Notes: generated from the sequence alone by a model not told the origin. A DNA stretch of 64,000 nucleotides from Vicinamibacterales bacterium (GCA_035758845.1 DASTVZ010000178.1:34713-98712); one strand, 5' to 3'. Shown: positions 27,715-37,606, counted from the first letter of the stretch. Translations and numbers: made by a program.

Positions 27715-28068
27715 GTGCCTGAACAAGTGACAAAAGTCGATAAACCCTGGGGTTACGAACTGCATTGGGCCAAGACCGAGCGCTATGTCGGCAAGGTGAT
27801 TCACATCAACGCTGGCCACGCGCTCAGCCTTCAGTACCACAATCAGAAGGATGAAACGATCTACCTGGCGTCCGGCCGGATGCTCTTTGAGATCAAAGAA
27901 GGCGATGAACTCGTCAAGCGCGAGATGAAGCCTGGCGACGCAGTCCACGTGACGCCGAAGACCGTCCACCGCATGACCGCGATTACCGATTGCGATGTCT
28001 TCGAAGTTTCGACACCCGAACTTCACGACGTCGTCCGCCTCGAGGATCGCTACGGCCGTACGACGTAA
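27715..28068 (+). CDS. cupin domain protein (type II phosphomannose-isomerase C-terminal-like)
   Basis: 117 aa. KPWGYE...SLQYHNQKDET...VHRM cupin motifs. GTG start with AAGGAGA upstream. Confidence 0.7.
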   Translation: MPEQVTKVDKPWGYELHWAKTERYVGKVIHINAGHALSLQYHNQKDETIYLASGRMLFEIKEGDELVKREMKPGDAVHVTPKTVHRMTAITDCDVFEVSTPELHDVVRLEDRYGRTT

Positions 28069-28130
28069 TCACAACATTCGACACCGATCGATGTGGCAGA
28101 AACCGCGCCGCCGATTGGTAAATATGTAGA

Positions 28131-28160
28131 TTGACGCGAGAAACGCGCACGTCACACAAT
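28131..28160 (+). promoter_or_regulatory. weak promoter candidate for ssb (TTGACG-18 nt-CACAAT)
   Basis: Hexamers read by eye only. A TGACG...CGTCA inverted repeat lies in the spacer. Confidence 0.3.
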
Positions 28161-28175
28161 GGCGCGACTTTTGTT

Positions 28176-28207
28176 AATTGGTGAATTGGTGGATCGGTGA
28201 ATTGGTG
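28176..28207. repeat. octamer tandem repeat (AATTGGTG)x4, one copy GATCGGTG
   Basis: Read directly. Lies just upstream of the ssb start. The partial complement TCACAACATTCGACACCGATC sits at 28069-28089. Confidence 0.75.
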
Positions 28208-28215
28208 AGGCTTCG

Positions 28216-28647
28216 ATGGGCAGTGTGAACAAAGTAATCCTGGTTGGAAATCTCGGGCGCGATGCCGAGCTTCGTTATACGCCGGGCGGCGCACCGGTTG
28301 CGACTTTGAGCCTCGCGACAACGGAGATGTGGAACGACAAGGCCGGGCAGCGTCAGGAAAAAACCGAGTGGCACCGTGTCGTCCTCTGGGGAAAGACGGC
28401 CGAGAGCCTGAACGAATACCTGATGAAGGGAAAGCAGATCTACGTCGAAGGCAAGCTGCAGACGCGCGAGTGGACCGACAAGGACGGCACGAAGCGTTAC
28501 ACGACGGAAATCCGCGGTGATCGGGTCGTGCTGCTCGGCGGCGGCGGAGGAGGTGCGCGTCAACAGCCTCGCGCGGCGGCAGCGCCGGCCGAGGAGCACA
28601 TGGGGGAGCCCGTCTCCGAATTGACGGACGACGATATTCCGTTTTAA
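28216..28647 (+). CDS. ssb: single-stranded DNA-binding protein
   Basis: OB fold ([31 protein letters not shown]), a Gly-rich linker and the acidic tip DDDIPF. Confidence 0.95.
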   Translation: MGSVNKVILVGNLGRDAELRYTPGGAPVATLSLATTEMWNDKAGQRQEKTEWHRVVLWGKTAESLNEYLMKGKQIYVEGKLQTREWTDKDGTKRYTTEIRGDRVVLLGGGGGGARQQPRAAAAPAEEHMGEPVSELTDDDIPF

Positions 28648-28656
28648 CTGACCGAG

Positions 28657-29511
28657 CTACTTTCTATTCAGCGCGTCTAATCGCTGCTTCGCAAGGAAGG
28701 CCTCCGGCGCAGCGGGGTATTTCTGCATCACCGTCTCGAACGCACGGCGCGCGAGATCCGGTTGCTTCAGATCGTTGTAGGTGACACCAAGCTTGTAGTA
28801 CGCGACCGGAATACTGTCGCTATTCGGGTAATTCGAAATCACCTTCTGATAGGCGTCGATCGCTTCGCGTTGTTTTCCCGCCCCGTAGTACGCATTGCCG
28901 ATGTTCAGCTGTGCGTCGTCTGCCTTGTCCGACTTCGGAAAGCTCGCGATATACGCATTGAATCCCTGAATGGCAATGTCGAACTGCCCGCCCGCATAGT
29001 CGCTGTAGGCGTTGTCGTACATCCGCTGGGGCGAGATGAACGGCGCTGATCCAGGCGGTGTGGTTGGCACCGGCGCGGCTGCGGTTGGGGCGGCACCAGG
29101 CTCACCGGTGGGAGACGGTTCGGCTCCAGGAGCTGGCGGCGGAACCTGCGCCGTCGGCATCGACGACATCGCCTGCCGGACAGCCTCGAGCTCCTGCGAC
29201 ACCGTCGAGAGACGAACATTCGTATCGTCGGCTTTCTCGCGGAGCACTCTCACTCCATCTGCGACATTGTCGACTTGCAGCTTTTGATCGGCGAACGACT
29301 TCCTGTTCGCCGCTGTTTGATCGTCGATCTTCGTCGAGACGGTCTTGAGCGTTTCCGCAAGCATCCCCATCATCTGCTGAAGCTGCTGTTGCTGCTCCTG
29401 CAACATCCTGATCTCGGCCATCAGCTGCTGGTGTGCCTTGTCAGCCGCAGCGGCCGGCGACGCGCCAACGAGCACCAGCACTGCAGCAACCGTCAATGCA
29501 CTTTGTTTCAT
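28657..29511 (-). CDS. cpoB: Tol-Pal system protein CpoB/YbgF (coiled coil plus TPR)
   Basis: Signal peptide from MKQSALTVAAVLVL, a Gln-rich coiled coil and C-terminal TPRs. It is the last gene of the tol-pal operon. Start trimmed to ATG 29511. Confidence 0.8.
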   Translation of the reverse strand: MKQSALTVAAVLVLVGASPAAAADKAHQQLMAEIRMLQEQQQQLQQMMGMLAETLKTVSTKIDDQTAANRKSFADQKLQVDNVADGVRVLREKADDTNVRLSTVSQELEAVRQAMSSMPTAQVPPPAPGAEPSPTGEPGAAPTAAAPVPTTPPGSAPFISPQRMYDNAYSDYAGGQFDIAIQGFNAYIASFPKSDKADDAQLNIGNAYYGAGKQREAIDAYQKVISNYPNSDSIPVAYYKLGVTYNDLKQPDLARRAFETVMQKYPAAPEAFLAKQRLDALNRK

Positions 29512-29574
29512 ATGCGCGCCTCGAACAGCGTGAACCCACGGCAACGTGGAGATAGCATCAACACCCAAAATGGA

Positions 29575-30150
29575 CTACTTGCTCGTGACGACAAAATGCG
29601 CCCGGCGATTCTTCGACCACGATGTTTCGTCGTGGCCGGGCTCGAAGGGAAATTCCTTGCCGTAGCTGACGGTCCGCAGCCGATCGGCCGGGATACCGAG
29701 CGATACCAGGTAGTTTCGCGCCGCAAGCGCGCGACGCTCTCCGAGCGCCAGATTGTATTCTGCCGTACCGCGCTCGTCGGCGTGCCCTTCAATTGTGACA
29801 ATCCAGCTCGGATATTTCTTCATCAGCTCGGCATTGTTATTCAACGCCTGCTGACCCGGCGCATCGATATCGTCCTGGTCGTAGGCAAAAAACACTGGCT
29901 GGAAGGGGGAGTTCTTGTTGAGTGTGTCTATGTCGATCGACGACAGGGTATCGCGGCCAATTGGTTCGGCGGGTACGGGAACGGGCTCGCGCACGGGCTC
30001 AGGTGGACCAGGTATCTTCGATCCGCCGGTGGACGACGATCCGGGAGGTGGCGTCACCGGCCGCGCGACCGGCGGCTTCTTCTTCGAGCACGCGCTCACC
30101 AGCATCAGCGCCACGATCGCCACCGCCACAACGGTTCGTCTCTGGGTCAT
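29575..30150 (-). CDS. pal: peptidoglycan-associated lipoprotein Pal (OmpA family)
   Basis: Lipobox LVSAC. OmpA-like domain ([23 protein letters not shown]). Confidence 0.9.
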   Translation of the reverse strand: MTQRRTVVAVAIVALMLVSACSKKKPPVARPVTPPPGSSSTGGSKIPGPPEPVREPVPVPAEPIGRDTLSSIDIDTLNKNSPFQPVFFAYDQDDIDAPGQQALNNNAELMKKYPSWIVTIEGHADERGTAEYNLALGERRALAARNYLVSLGIPADRLRTVSYGKEFPFEPGHDETSWSKNRRAHFVVTSK

Positions 30151-30211
30151 CTCTCTCTCGTTTCCTTTTTGCCTTTTCCCTTTTCCCTTTCGCTCGCCGC
30201 AGGCGAGCGGC

Positions 30212-31582
30212 CTATTGCGACCAGTTCGGATAGCGGTTCATTCCGGTCCTGGTGATCTGCTGCAAGTTCTTGCCATCGCGATCGATCAGGAAGATCTGCG
30301 CTTTGCCGGCTCTCGTCGACGTGAACGCGATGTGACGGCCGTTGGGCGAAAAGGCCGGGCTCTCGTTGCTGCCGATGCCATCAGTGATCGTCTGGCTGCT
30401 ACTGGTCGCGACATCGTAGATCCGGATGTCGTAGCCGGCGCCGGTCAGTGACGCGTAGGCGATCTCATTGTTCGGCGAAATCGACCAGGTCGGGCGATCG
30501 CACCTCGATTCGTTGGTGATCTTGTGCGGTTCGGACCCATCGTCGTTCATCACCCAGATCTGCGGCGCTCCGGTGCGGTCGGACGTGAATGCGATTTGCG
30601 TCCCGGTGGGGGACCAGGTCGGCGTCACGTCGATAGCCGGATGATTGGTCAGACGACGGAGCCCGCTGCCGTCGCGATTGATCACGTAGATCTCGCTGTT
30701 GCCATCGCGATTCGACGTGAACGCCAGCCGCGTTCCATCGGGCGACCATGCCGGCAGGAAATTCTGTTTCTCCGAAGTCCCTGCCGTCGGGTTCGAATAT
30801 TTCCCCTCGTAAATGTACGAAACGATGATGTCCTGGAACCCCGTGCGATAAGACGTGTAGGCAATGGCGCGCGAGTCAGGCGACCAGGCCGGCGTAATGT
30901 CGAGCGAACGGGTAATCGTCACGCGCTGCTGGTTGGCGCCGTCGTAATCCGACATGTAGATGTTGGAGATGCCGCGATCGACAATGGGTCCCTTCATGCG
31001 TTCGCCATCGCGATCGGACGCGAACGCCAGCCTCGTGCGCGCGACCCCTTTCAGCCCGCGCTGCTGCAGATGAATCTCGTCGGACGCGGTGTGCGCGTAA
31101 AGCCGCGGGTTCTTCAATGTGCCGCTGTACTCTTTGCCGAGGGCGGTCCGCCCGGACGTCACTTCGATGAGCCGTATCTGCACAGCGGCGCCGGTTGGGG
31201 TCTTTCGTACAGTGCCGACGATGAGGCCGTCTGCACCAAGCTGCTTCCATTGATCGAGCGGCACCTGATCGATTGACGTCGCCGGAGGAATCGTTCTGTA
31301 GGTGTCGCGTGGAATCAGGTAGAACTCGCGCTCGAAGTTCAAGTCGTCCCACAGAACCTGGCCGATTGTTTTGGCAGCGGCGACGGTTTCCGGATCGTTC
31401 GTGAGCGGAATGAAGTCGGGCACCGCGTACCTCGGTGGAAGCCCTGGTGCGCCACTGATTTTCACGACAATCTGATCGGATTGAGGCGCGGGCTGCTGGG
31501 GTGTGCTGCCCTGAGGCGGCCCCTGCGCGGCGAGGGTCAACGCGACTGACGCCGCGATCGTGCTCGAGATGAGTATTCGCAT
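30212..31582 (-). CDS. tolB: Tol-Pal system beta-propeller protein TolB
   Basis: Repeated WSPDG/FSPNG blades plus the N-terminal TolB domain. Start taken at ATG 31582. The track TTG at 31594 abuts the tolA stop. Confidence 0.92.
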   Translation of the reverse strand: MRILISSTIAASVALTLAAQGPPQGSTPQQPAPQSDQIVVKISGAPGLPPRYAVPDFIPLTNDPETVAAAKTIGQVLWDDLNFEREFYLIPRDTYRTIPPATSIDQVPLDQWKQLGADGLIVGTVRKTPTGAAVQIRLIEVTSGRTALGKEYSGTLKNPRLYAHTASDEIHLQQRGLKGVARTRLAFASDRDGERMKGPIVDRGISNIYMSDYDGANQQRVTITRSLDITPAWSPDSRAIAYTSYRTGFQDIIVSYIYEGKYSNPTAGTSEKQNFLPAWSPDGTRLAFTSNRDGNSEIYVINRDGSGLRRLTNHPAIDVTPTWSPTGTQIAFTSDRTGAPQIWVMNDDGSEPHKITNESRCDRPTWSISPNNEIAYASLTGAGYDIRIYDVATSSSQTITDGIGSNESPAFSPNGRHIAFTSTRAGKAQIFLIDRDGKNLQQITRTGMNRYPNWSQ

Positions 31583-31590
31583 AGGTCTAA

Positions 31591-32388
31591 TCAACGATGG
31601 TAATCAAATATCAGATGGACGGTCAGCGTGTTTTCAGTGAATTCGCGCGGCAGCGGGGGCAACGTGCGCGTCTTCGCGAGGGCTCGCTGCGACTCGAGAT
31701 CGAGCAATGAGATGTTGCTCGGTTTCTCCAGTTCCACATCAGTGATGGTGCCGTCGCGACGGATCGTGAACTTCACCTGCACTTCGCCGGACGCCCCCTG
31801 GTTCTGGTTCCAGTTGCGCTTGATCAGATCGACCATCTGATTCAAGTAGGACGGACAGCAGAAGTTCGCGTAGTCGGTCATGACCGCGGCGCCGGCGGAA
31901 CTGGCACCGGCCGGCCGAGTCAATCCGCCGAACGGAATCGCCGCGCCTCCAGTGTCGGCGCGGGCATCGCCCGTGCGCACTTCCGGGCCGGTGGTCGGTT
32001 TTCGCGCGCTCGATTTATCAACCGGTTTCTCGGTGCGTTTCGGCGGCGTTTTCGCAATCGGAGTCGCCTTCGGCTCCGGCGCAACCATCTCTGGCGGTTT
32101 GGACACGGGCGGCGCGACCGGAGCCGGTTTGGTTGCTGCGGCGACTTCCTGCACGGGCCTTCCGGAAATGGGCGTCAAACCTCCCGTATCGGGTCCCCCT
32201 CCGCTACTGAGCGTAATGGTCATGGGCGTGACGTCAGTCGTTGTCGAAGACATCCGCCAGCTCGATGGCATCAGAACGAGAGCCGAGATGAGCAACGCGT
32301 GCGCAAGGAAGGAGACCAGCACCATCTGGCCAAGGCGGTCACTTTCGCGCGATCGTTCGAGGAGAATGTCGCTGACAGCTTCGTGCAT
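31591..32388 (-). CDS. TonB-family energy transducer in the TolA position
   Basis: N-terminal TM, a Pro/Lys-rich spacer and a C-terminal TonB_C-like domain (VQVKFTIRRDGTITDVELEKPS). Located between tolR and tolB. Confidence 0.75.
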   Translation of the reverse strand: MHEAVSDILLERSRESDRLGQMVLVSFLAHALLISALVLMPSSWRMSSTTTDVTPMTITLSSGGGPDTGGLTPISGRPVQEVAAATKPAPVAPPVSKPPEMVAPEPKATPIAKTPPKRTEKPVDKSSARKPTTGPEVRTGDARADTGGAAIPFGGLTRPAGASSAGAAVMTDYANFCCPSYLNQMVDLIKRNWNQNQGASGEVQVKFTIRRDGTITDVELEKPSNISLLDLESQRALAKTRTLPPLPREFTENTLTVHLIFDYHR

Positions 32389-32391
32389 GCG

Positions 32392-32850
32392 TTACCGGGT
32401 GACGGGCTTGGTCATCCAGCCGACCTTCTCGATCCCGCCTTCCTTCAGTTTGTCCATGACCGTGGCGATGTCCTGCACGGTCGCCGTGGCGTCTGCGCGA
32501 ATGAACACGGATTTGTCTTCACGCGGAAGCAGGGCCTGACGCACGCGCTCCGAAAGAAAATCAATCTTGACGTCGTCCTTGTCGAGCTGCACCGTTCGAT
32601 TGCGGCTGAAGTCGGCGGGCACCGTGACGTAGATCGGCTGCGCCGTCACCGGTGTCGCGCGGCGCGCCTGCGGAAGATTCACTTGCAGCCCTTGCTGCAT
32701 CATCGGTGCAGTCACCATGAAGATGATCAAGAGCACGAGCATCACATCGACGAGCGGCACGACATTAATCTCGGCCAGCGTCGTCGTCACACGCGCGCTT
32801 CGGCCACGTCGTGAACCGTTAGCACCCGCTGTATCGTGGACTTTTGGCAC
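32392..32850 (-). CDS. tolR: biopolymer transport protein TolR/ExbD
   Basis: 152 aa. The EINVVPLVDVMLVLLIIFM motif with the conserved Asp. Confidence 0.85.
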   Translation of the reverse strand: MPKVHDTAGANGSRRGRSARVTTTLAEINVVPLVDVMLVLLIIFMVTAPMMQQGLQVNLPQARRATPVTAQPIYVTVPADFSRNRTVQLDKDDVKIDFLSERVRQALLPREDKSVFIRADATATVQDIATVMDKLKEGGIEKVGWMTKPVTR

Positions 32851-32854
32851 TATG

Positions 32855-32960
32855 AATCCCTAATCACTGATCACTAATCGTGAACCACTAATCGTGAATC
32901 ACTCATCCTCGAATCCCGAATCGCGGCCAGCAGCCAACAGCGAGGAGCCAGCAGCCACTA
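32855..32960. repeat. two adjacent heptamer arrays, (AATCNNN)x~10 then (GCCANCA)x5
   Basis: 32855-32924 and 32926-32960, in the tolQ-tolR spacer. The second array is the complement-strand form of the GGCTGCT unit. Confidence 0.8.
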
Positions 32961-33725
32961 AGTGAAATTCCGCTCCGAGATATTGAGAAATTCGAGCGAG
33001 AAATCGTCCATGTCCGAGGCGAAGTGCTTCACGCGGTTCGTGAAGTAGTTGTAGAAATACACAGCCGGTATCGCGGCGAAGAGTCCCGCCGCCGTGGTGA
33101 TCAGCGCTTCCGCGATGCCCGGTGCGACAACCCCAAGGCTTGATGAACCCTGCGCGCCGATCTGCTGGAACGAGCTCATGATCCCCCACACGGTTCCGAA
33201 CAGTCCGATGAACGGCGTGATGCTCGCCGTCGTCGCGAGAAACGTCACGCGACGTTCGAGTTTCGTCATCTCGACGGTCGTCGCGCGAAGCAGTGCGCGG
33301 TCGACGCTATCGAGACTCTTGAGGGTTGGACGTCCGGCCGCGGCTGCTGGCTTGGCGGGCTCGGGGTTGCCTGAGGTTCGCAGTTGCGAATTGAGCTCCG
33401 TGTACCCCGATTGAAACAAGCCAACGAGTGGACTCGCCGAGAGCGTCCGGCACACCGCCTGCACTTCAGAGAACTTGCTGCTCTTACGAAAGACGTCGAG
33501 AAATGTCGACGACTGGCGCGATGAGCGGCCGAACTGCCAGAACTTGTAAAGAATGATCCCCCACGAGATCGCTGAGAAGAGCAGCAGGATCGCCAACACC
33601 AGCTGCGCAACCAGGCTCGCGTGAAGGACGAGATAAATGATGTCGGTGTTGACTTCGCCGGCCCCAGTTGCCGGCGCATCGCCCTGCGCGTACAGCGCAA
33701 GAGCGTAGTATCCGGGCGTGCGCAA
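32958..33725 (-). CDS. tolQ: MotA/TolQ/ExbB proton channel protein
   Basis: 255 aa, three TM segments, PFIGLFGTVWGIM and APGIAEALITTAAGL motifs. Confidence 0.85.
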   Translation of the reverse strand: MRTPGYYALALYAQGDAPATGAGEVNTDIIYLVLHASLVAQLVLAILLLFSAISWGIILYKFWQFGRSSRQSSTFLDVFRKSSKFSEVQAVCRTLSASPLVGLFQSGYTELNSQLRTSGNPEPAKPAAAAGRPTLKSLDSVDRALLRATTVEMTKLERRVTFLATTASITPFIGLFGTVWGIMSSFQQIGAQGSSSLGVVAPGIAEALITTAAGLFAAIPAVYFYNYFTNRVKHFASDMDDFSLEFLNISERNFT

Positions 33726-33837
33726 ACATTCCTCCGCTACGATGTATGTCGCGCCGCTGGGACAGCGCAGGGTTTTTGAAGAGTAACATGCCCCCTATGC
33801 GCTGTCAAACATCTGATAAGATTGTACTTCGCGCCCC

Positions 33838-35526
33838 ATGCTCCGTTTTCTTTCCGTCCGCAATCTGGCCGTGATCGATCGGCTTGAACTCGAGTTCGGG
33901 ACCGGTCTGAACGTGCTCACAGGGGAGACCGGGGCAGGCAAGTCCATACTGGTGGGGGCCGTCGGACTACTCGTTGGCGGGCGCGCCTCCGCCGACCTGG
34001 TCAGGACGGGTGAAGATGCTGCCACGGTCGAAGCGATTTTCGAGACACCGGATGGTGGAGAGGTGATCGTCAGGCGCGAAGTGTCGGCACAAGGACGAAG
34101 CCGCGCGTCGATCGACGGTGCGCTCGCGACGAGCGCGACACTGCGCGATGTCTGCTCACCGCTTGTGGATCTCCACGGCCAACACGAACACCAGCGACTG
34201 CTCGACGCGTCGACGCACCTCGATCTGCTCGACGCGTTCGCCAATCTTGGCGATCACCGCTGCGTGGTTGCCGACCGCTTCGCCACGTTCCAGGCAGTGC
34301 GTACGGAACGAGACCGGTTGGTCACTGGAGAACGCGAAAAAGCGTCGCGTCTCGAATTCCTCTCGTTCCAGCTTGCGGAGATCGATCGCGTTGTCCCCAG
34401 GGTCGGCGAAGACGAAGAACTCGCCGCCACGCGGATCGTCCTCACGAATGCTGATAAGCTGCAGCGCCTTTGCTCGGAAGCGTACGAGGCGCTCTACGAA
34501 GGGGACGCGGCAGTACTCCCGGCCCTCGGTATCGTGTGGAAGAAGGTCGGGGATCTCGCGGCGCTCGACATGCGGTTCGGTCCGTATCTAGACACGCGCG
34601 ACGCGGTGAAGTCGCAGCTGGAAGATCTTTCCTTCTTTCTTCGATCGTACGCCGGGACCATCGACGCCTCGCCGGCGCGGTTGCAGGAAGTCGAGGATCG
34701 GCTCGCCCAGCTCGAACGGTTGAAGAAAAAGCACGGCGCGACGCTCGCCGACGTCCTGCAGAAGGCAGAGGCGCTGCGACGCGAGGAGCAGGAGTTGACG
34801 CACGCGACCGAGCGTGTTGCGACCATCGATCGGGAATTAGCGCTTGCGCGCGACCTATATGTCCAGGCGGCGACGACGCTGGCGAGCGCGCGCCGCACGG
34901 CTGCCGCCGAGTTCTCACGCGCACTCGAAAAGGCCCTGGGCGAACTGGCGATGACCCGCACCCGGTGTGACGTGCGATTCACCCCCGCCTCGACCGAAGC
35001 GGAATGGACCAGCCGCGGGATCGAGGAAGGGGAGTTCTACATCTCGCCGAATCCAGGGGAGGATCTTCGCCCGCTGGCACGCATTGCCTCGGGCGGCGAG
35101 TTGTCGCGCGTGATGCTCGCGCTCAAGACCTTGGCGTCCACTGACACGCCCGGAAAGACGCTCATCTTCGACGAAGTGGATGCCGGCATCGGAGGCGGCG
35201 TCGCCGATGTCGTCGGGGCGCGACTCCAGAGCCTGGCAGCGATGTATCAAGTGCTCTGTATCACTCACCTTCCGCAGATCGCCGCGTACGGCTCGGCACA
35301 CTACCGGATCGAAAAGAGCATCCGGACGGGCCGAACAGTTACAGACGTTGCACGGGTTGAAGGCGTCAAAAGGGAAGAGGAGCTGGCGCGCATGATCGGC
35401 GGGAGCGACATCTCGGCGACTGTCATGGCCAGTGCACGAGAGATGCTGGCGCTGCGGCTCAAAAGAGAGCAGAGTCGTTACAGAGGAAACGGAGATTCCT
35501 CAGCACAGAGGAAGCAGAGAAATTGA
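33838..35526 (+). CDS. recN: DNA repair protein RecN
   Basis: 562 aa. LTGETGAGKS Walker A, a long coiled coil, and SGGELSRVMLAL/IFDEVDAGIGG. The last ~20 codons run into a repeat region and may not be conserved. Confidence 0.92.
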   Translation: MLRFLSVRNLAVIDRLELEFGTGLNVLTGETGAGKSILVGAVGLLVGGRASADLVRTGEDAATVEAIFETPDGGEVIVRREVSAQGRSRASIDGALATSATLRDVCSPLVDLHGQHEHQRLLDASTHLDLLDAFANLGDHRCVVADRFATFQAVRTERDRLVTGEREKASRLEFLSFQLAEIDRVVPRVGEDEELAATRIVLTNADKLQRLCSEAYEALYEGDAAVLPALGIVWKKVGDLAALDMRFGPYLDTRDAVKSQLEDLSFFLRSYAGTIDASPARLQEVEDRLAQLERLKKKHGATLADVLQKAEALRREEQELTHATERVATIDRELALARDLYVQAATTLASARRTAAAEFSRALEKALGELAMTRTRCDVRFTPASTEAEWTSRGIEEGEFYISPNPGEDLRPLARIASGGELSRVMLALKTLASTDTPGKTLIFDEVDAGIGGGVADVVGARLQSLAAMYQVLCITHLPQIAAYGSAHYRIEKSIRTGRTVTDVARVEGVKREEELARMIGGSDISATVMASAREMLALRLKREQSRYRGNGDSSAQRKQRN

Positions 35527-35617
35527 TCTCTGCCAACGCTGCTACCTCAGTCGTGAGGAACTCTGCTAACTCTTTTGGGCGAAAGCGAAATAAACGCGAA
35601 AGCGAAAGCGAAGGTAG

Positions 35618-36985
35618 ATGGGGCGCAAGTATCTGATCGAAACGTTCGGATGTCAGATGAACATCCACGACTCGGAGCGGATGGCCGGCCTGCTCGATCA
35701 GGCGGGCCTCGAGCCGACGACCGACGCACGTGACGCCGATGTGATCGTGATCAATACCTGCAGCGTCCGCGAACGCGCCGAAGAGAAGCTGTTTACCCGG
35801 CTCGGGGAGATTCGACAGCTCAGCGACGAGACGGGCGTGCGTCCGGTTGTCGCCGTCACTGGCTGCGTTGCCCAACAGGAAGGATCGCAGATTCTGCGAC
35901 GCTCAAAGTCAGTCGACGTGATCCTTGGTACGCAGAATCTGAAACGACTGCCGCTGCTGGTCACAGAAGCGCTCGAACAGCCTCGTCGGCCGTCGGTCGC
36001 AGCGACAGTCGCGATCGATCCCGTCGACGACGTGTCGTTTCCGTTGGGGATTGCGCGACGAAGCGATCCGGTGAAGGCGTATGTGACCATCATTGAAGGG
36101 TGCAATGAGTACTGCGCCTTCTGCGTCGTACCGTACACGCGCGGCCACGAGCGCATGCGTCCTGTCGCAGACATCCTGGCGGACGCCAGACATGCGGTTG
36201 CGACCGGCGCCAGGGAAGTGCAGCTGCTCGGACAAATCGTGAATCACTACCAGGCGCCTGACGATCCGGCGTGCGATTTCGCCGCGCTGCTCGAACGGCT
36301 CAACGAGATTGAGGGCCTGGCGCGAATTAGATTCGCGAGCCCGCACCCGAGACACGTGACGCCGCGGATGATTGCCGCGATGCGGGATTTGCCGGCCGTC
36401 TGCCGGCATCTGCATCTGCCGGTGCAATCGGGGTCGACGCGAGTGCTCGCGGCCATGCGCCGGCGTCACACGCGTGAGCATTATCTCGAACTTGTCGCGG
36501 CGTTGCGCGACGCTATCCCGGACATCGCCCTATCGACCGATATGATCGTCGGGTTCCCGGGAGAGAGCGACGCGGATTTTGCCGAGACGCTGTCCCTCGT
36601 GGAGCAGGTCCGGTATCACAGCATGTTTTCGTTCAAGTACTCGGAGCGGCCGAACACGCTGGCCTCGAAGCGCATGCCGGACGCTGTCTCCGAACGCGAC
36701 AAGACTGACCGGATCGTGGCACTGCAGGCATTGCAGAAACGGATACAGACAGAGATCTTCACTGCTGCGATCGGACACACATTCGACGTGCTGGTCGACT
36801 CTCGAAGCCGGCGGCGTGAATGGGAACTCTCGGGTCGGACGAGCGGCAACTCGGTCGTGAACTTCGCGGGAAGAGGGTATGAGATCGGGCGGATCATCCC
36901 GGTGCGAATTACAGGCGCGAACCCGAACAGTCTCAGAGGGGAGTCGGTCGCGCTTGACACTCGGATGACGGCTGCCTACGTTTGA
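35618..36985 (+). CDS. miaB: tRNA-2-methylthio-N6-dimethylallyladenosine synthase MiaB
   Basis: UPF0004 domain (ETFGCQMN), the radical SAM motif EGCNEYCAFCVVP and a TRAM C-terminus. Confidence 0.92.
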   Translation: MGRKYLIETFGCQMNIHDSERMAGLLDQAGLEPTTDARDADVIVINTCSVRERAEEKLFTRLGEIRQLSDETGVRPVVAVTGCVAQQEGSQILRRSKSVDVILGTQNLKRLPLLVTEALEQPRRPSVAATVAIDPVDDVSFPLGIARRSDPVKAYVTIIEGCNEYCAFCVVPYTRGHERMRPVADILADARHAVATGAREVQLLGQIVNHYQAPDDPACDFAALLERLNEIEGLARIRFASPHPRHVTPRMIAAMRDLPAVCRHLHLPVQSGSTRVLAAMRRRHTREHYLELVAALRDAIPDIALSTDMIVGFPGESDADFAETLSLVEQVRYHSMFSFKYSERPNTLASKRMPDAVSERDKTDRIVALQALQKRIQTEIFTAAIGHTFDVLVDSRSRRREWELSGRTSGNSVVNFAGRGYEIGRIIPVRITGANPNSLRGESVALDTRMTAAYV

Positions 36986-37069
36986 GCGGGTTCTAGCGGT
37001 TCTGCGAGGTTCTGCGTGGTTCTGAACCTGGCAGAACCTATGTGCGACTGCGAACTGGGAAACGACACC

Positions 37070-37552
37070 ATGCAGATTGAGATGACGATCAAGGGGCTGA
37101 TGGTCGATCCGATCACGAACATGCCGATCATCATTCTCCGCGACAAGGCGGAGCAGCGCGTGCTGCCGATCTGGGTCGGCGTGTTCGAGGCCAATGCCAT
37201 CGCGCTGCAGATCGAGAACGTCACCACGCCGCGCCCGATGACGCACGACCTGCTGCGCAACGTCATTCAGGATCTGAAAGCCGACATCCAGAAGATCGTC
37301 GTCTCGGATCTGAAGGACAACACCTTCTACGCGTTGATCTATCTGCTGGTCAACGGAGAGTCGATGGCGATCGATGCGCGGCCAAGCGATGCGATTGCCC
37401 TCGCGCTTCGCGCTCGCGCCCCTATCTTCGTCGAGGACACGGTCATCGACAACGCGAAGACGGTCGATTTCGCGCCCGAGAAGCGCGATTCAGAGTTGCA
37501 GAAGTGGCTCGAGAGCCTCGACCCGAACGAGATGGGGAAGTACAAGATGTAA
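37070..37552 (+). CDS. bifunctional nuclease family protein (BFN/DUF151)
   Basis: The LPIWVGVFEANAI...TPRPMTHDLL...RPSDAIALALR pattern. Start trimmed to ATG 37070. Confidence 0.8.
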   Translation: MQIEMTIKGLMVDPITNMPIIILRDKAEQRVLPIWVGVFEANAIALQIENVTTPRPMTHDLLRNVIQDLKADIQKIVVSDLKDNTFYALIYLLVNGESMAIDARPSDAIALALRARAPIFVEDTVIDNAKTVDFAPEKRDSELQKWLESLDPNEMGKYKM

Positions 37553-37557
37553 GTTTT

Positions 37558-37606
37558 GGCTGCTGGCTGCTGGCTGCTGGCTGCTGGCTGCTGGCTGCTG
37601 GCTGCT
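37558..37606. repeat. perfect tandem heptamer (GGCTGCT)x7
   Basis: Counted base by base: seven exact copies. Confidence 0.95.

Noticed and set aside
33726-33837. SOS (LexA) box upstream of recN
   Set aside because: I found only short inverted repeats (CGCTG-GGA-CAGCG; TGTCA...TGATA). None matches a LexA consensus I can name for any phylum. It cannot be supported without a motif model.
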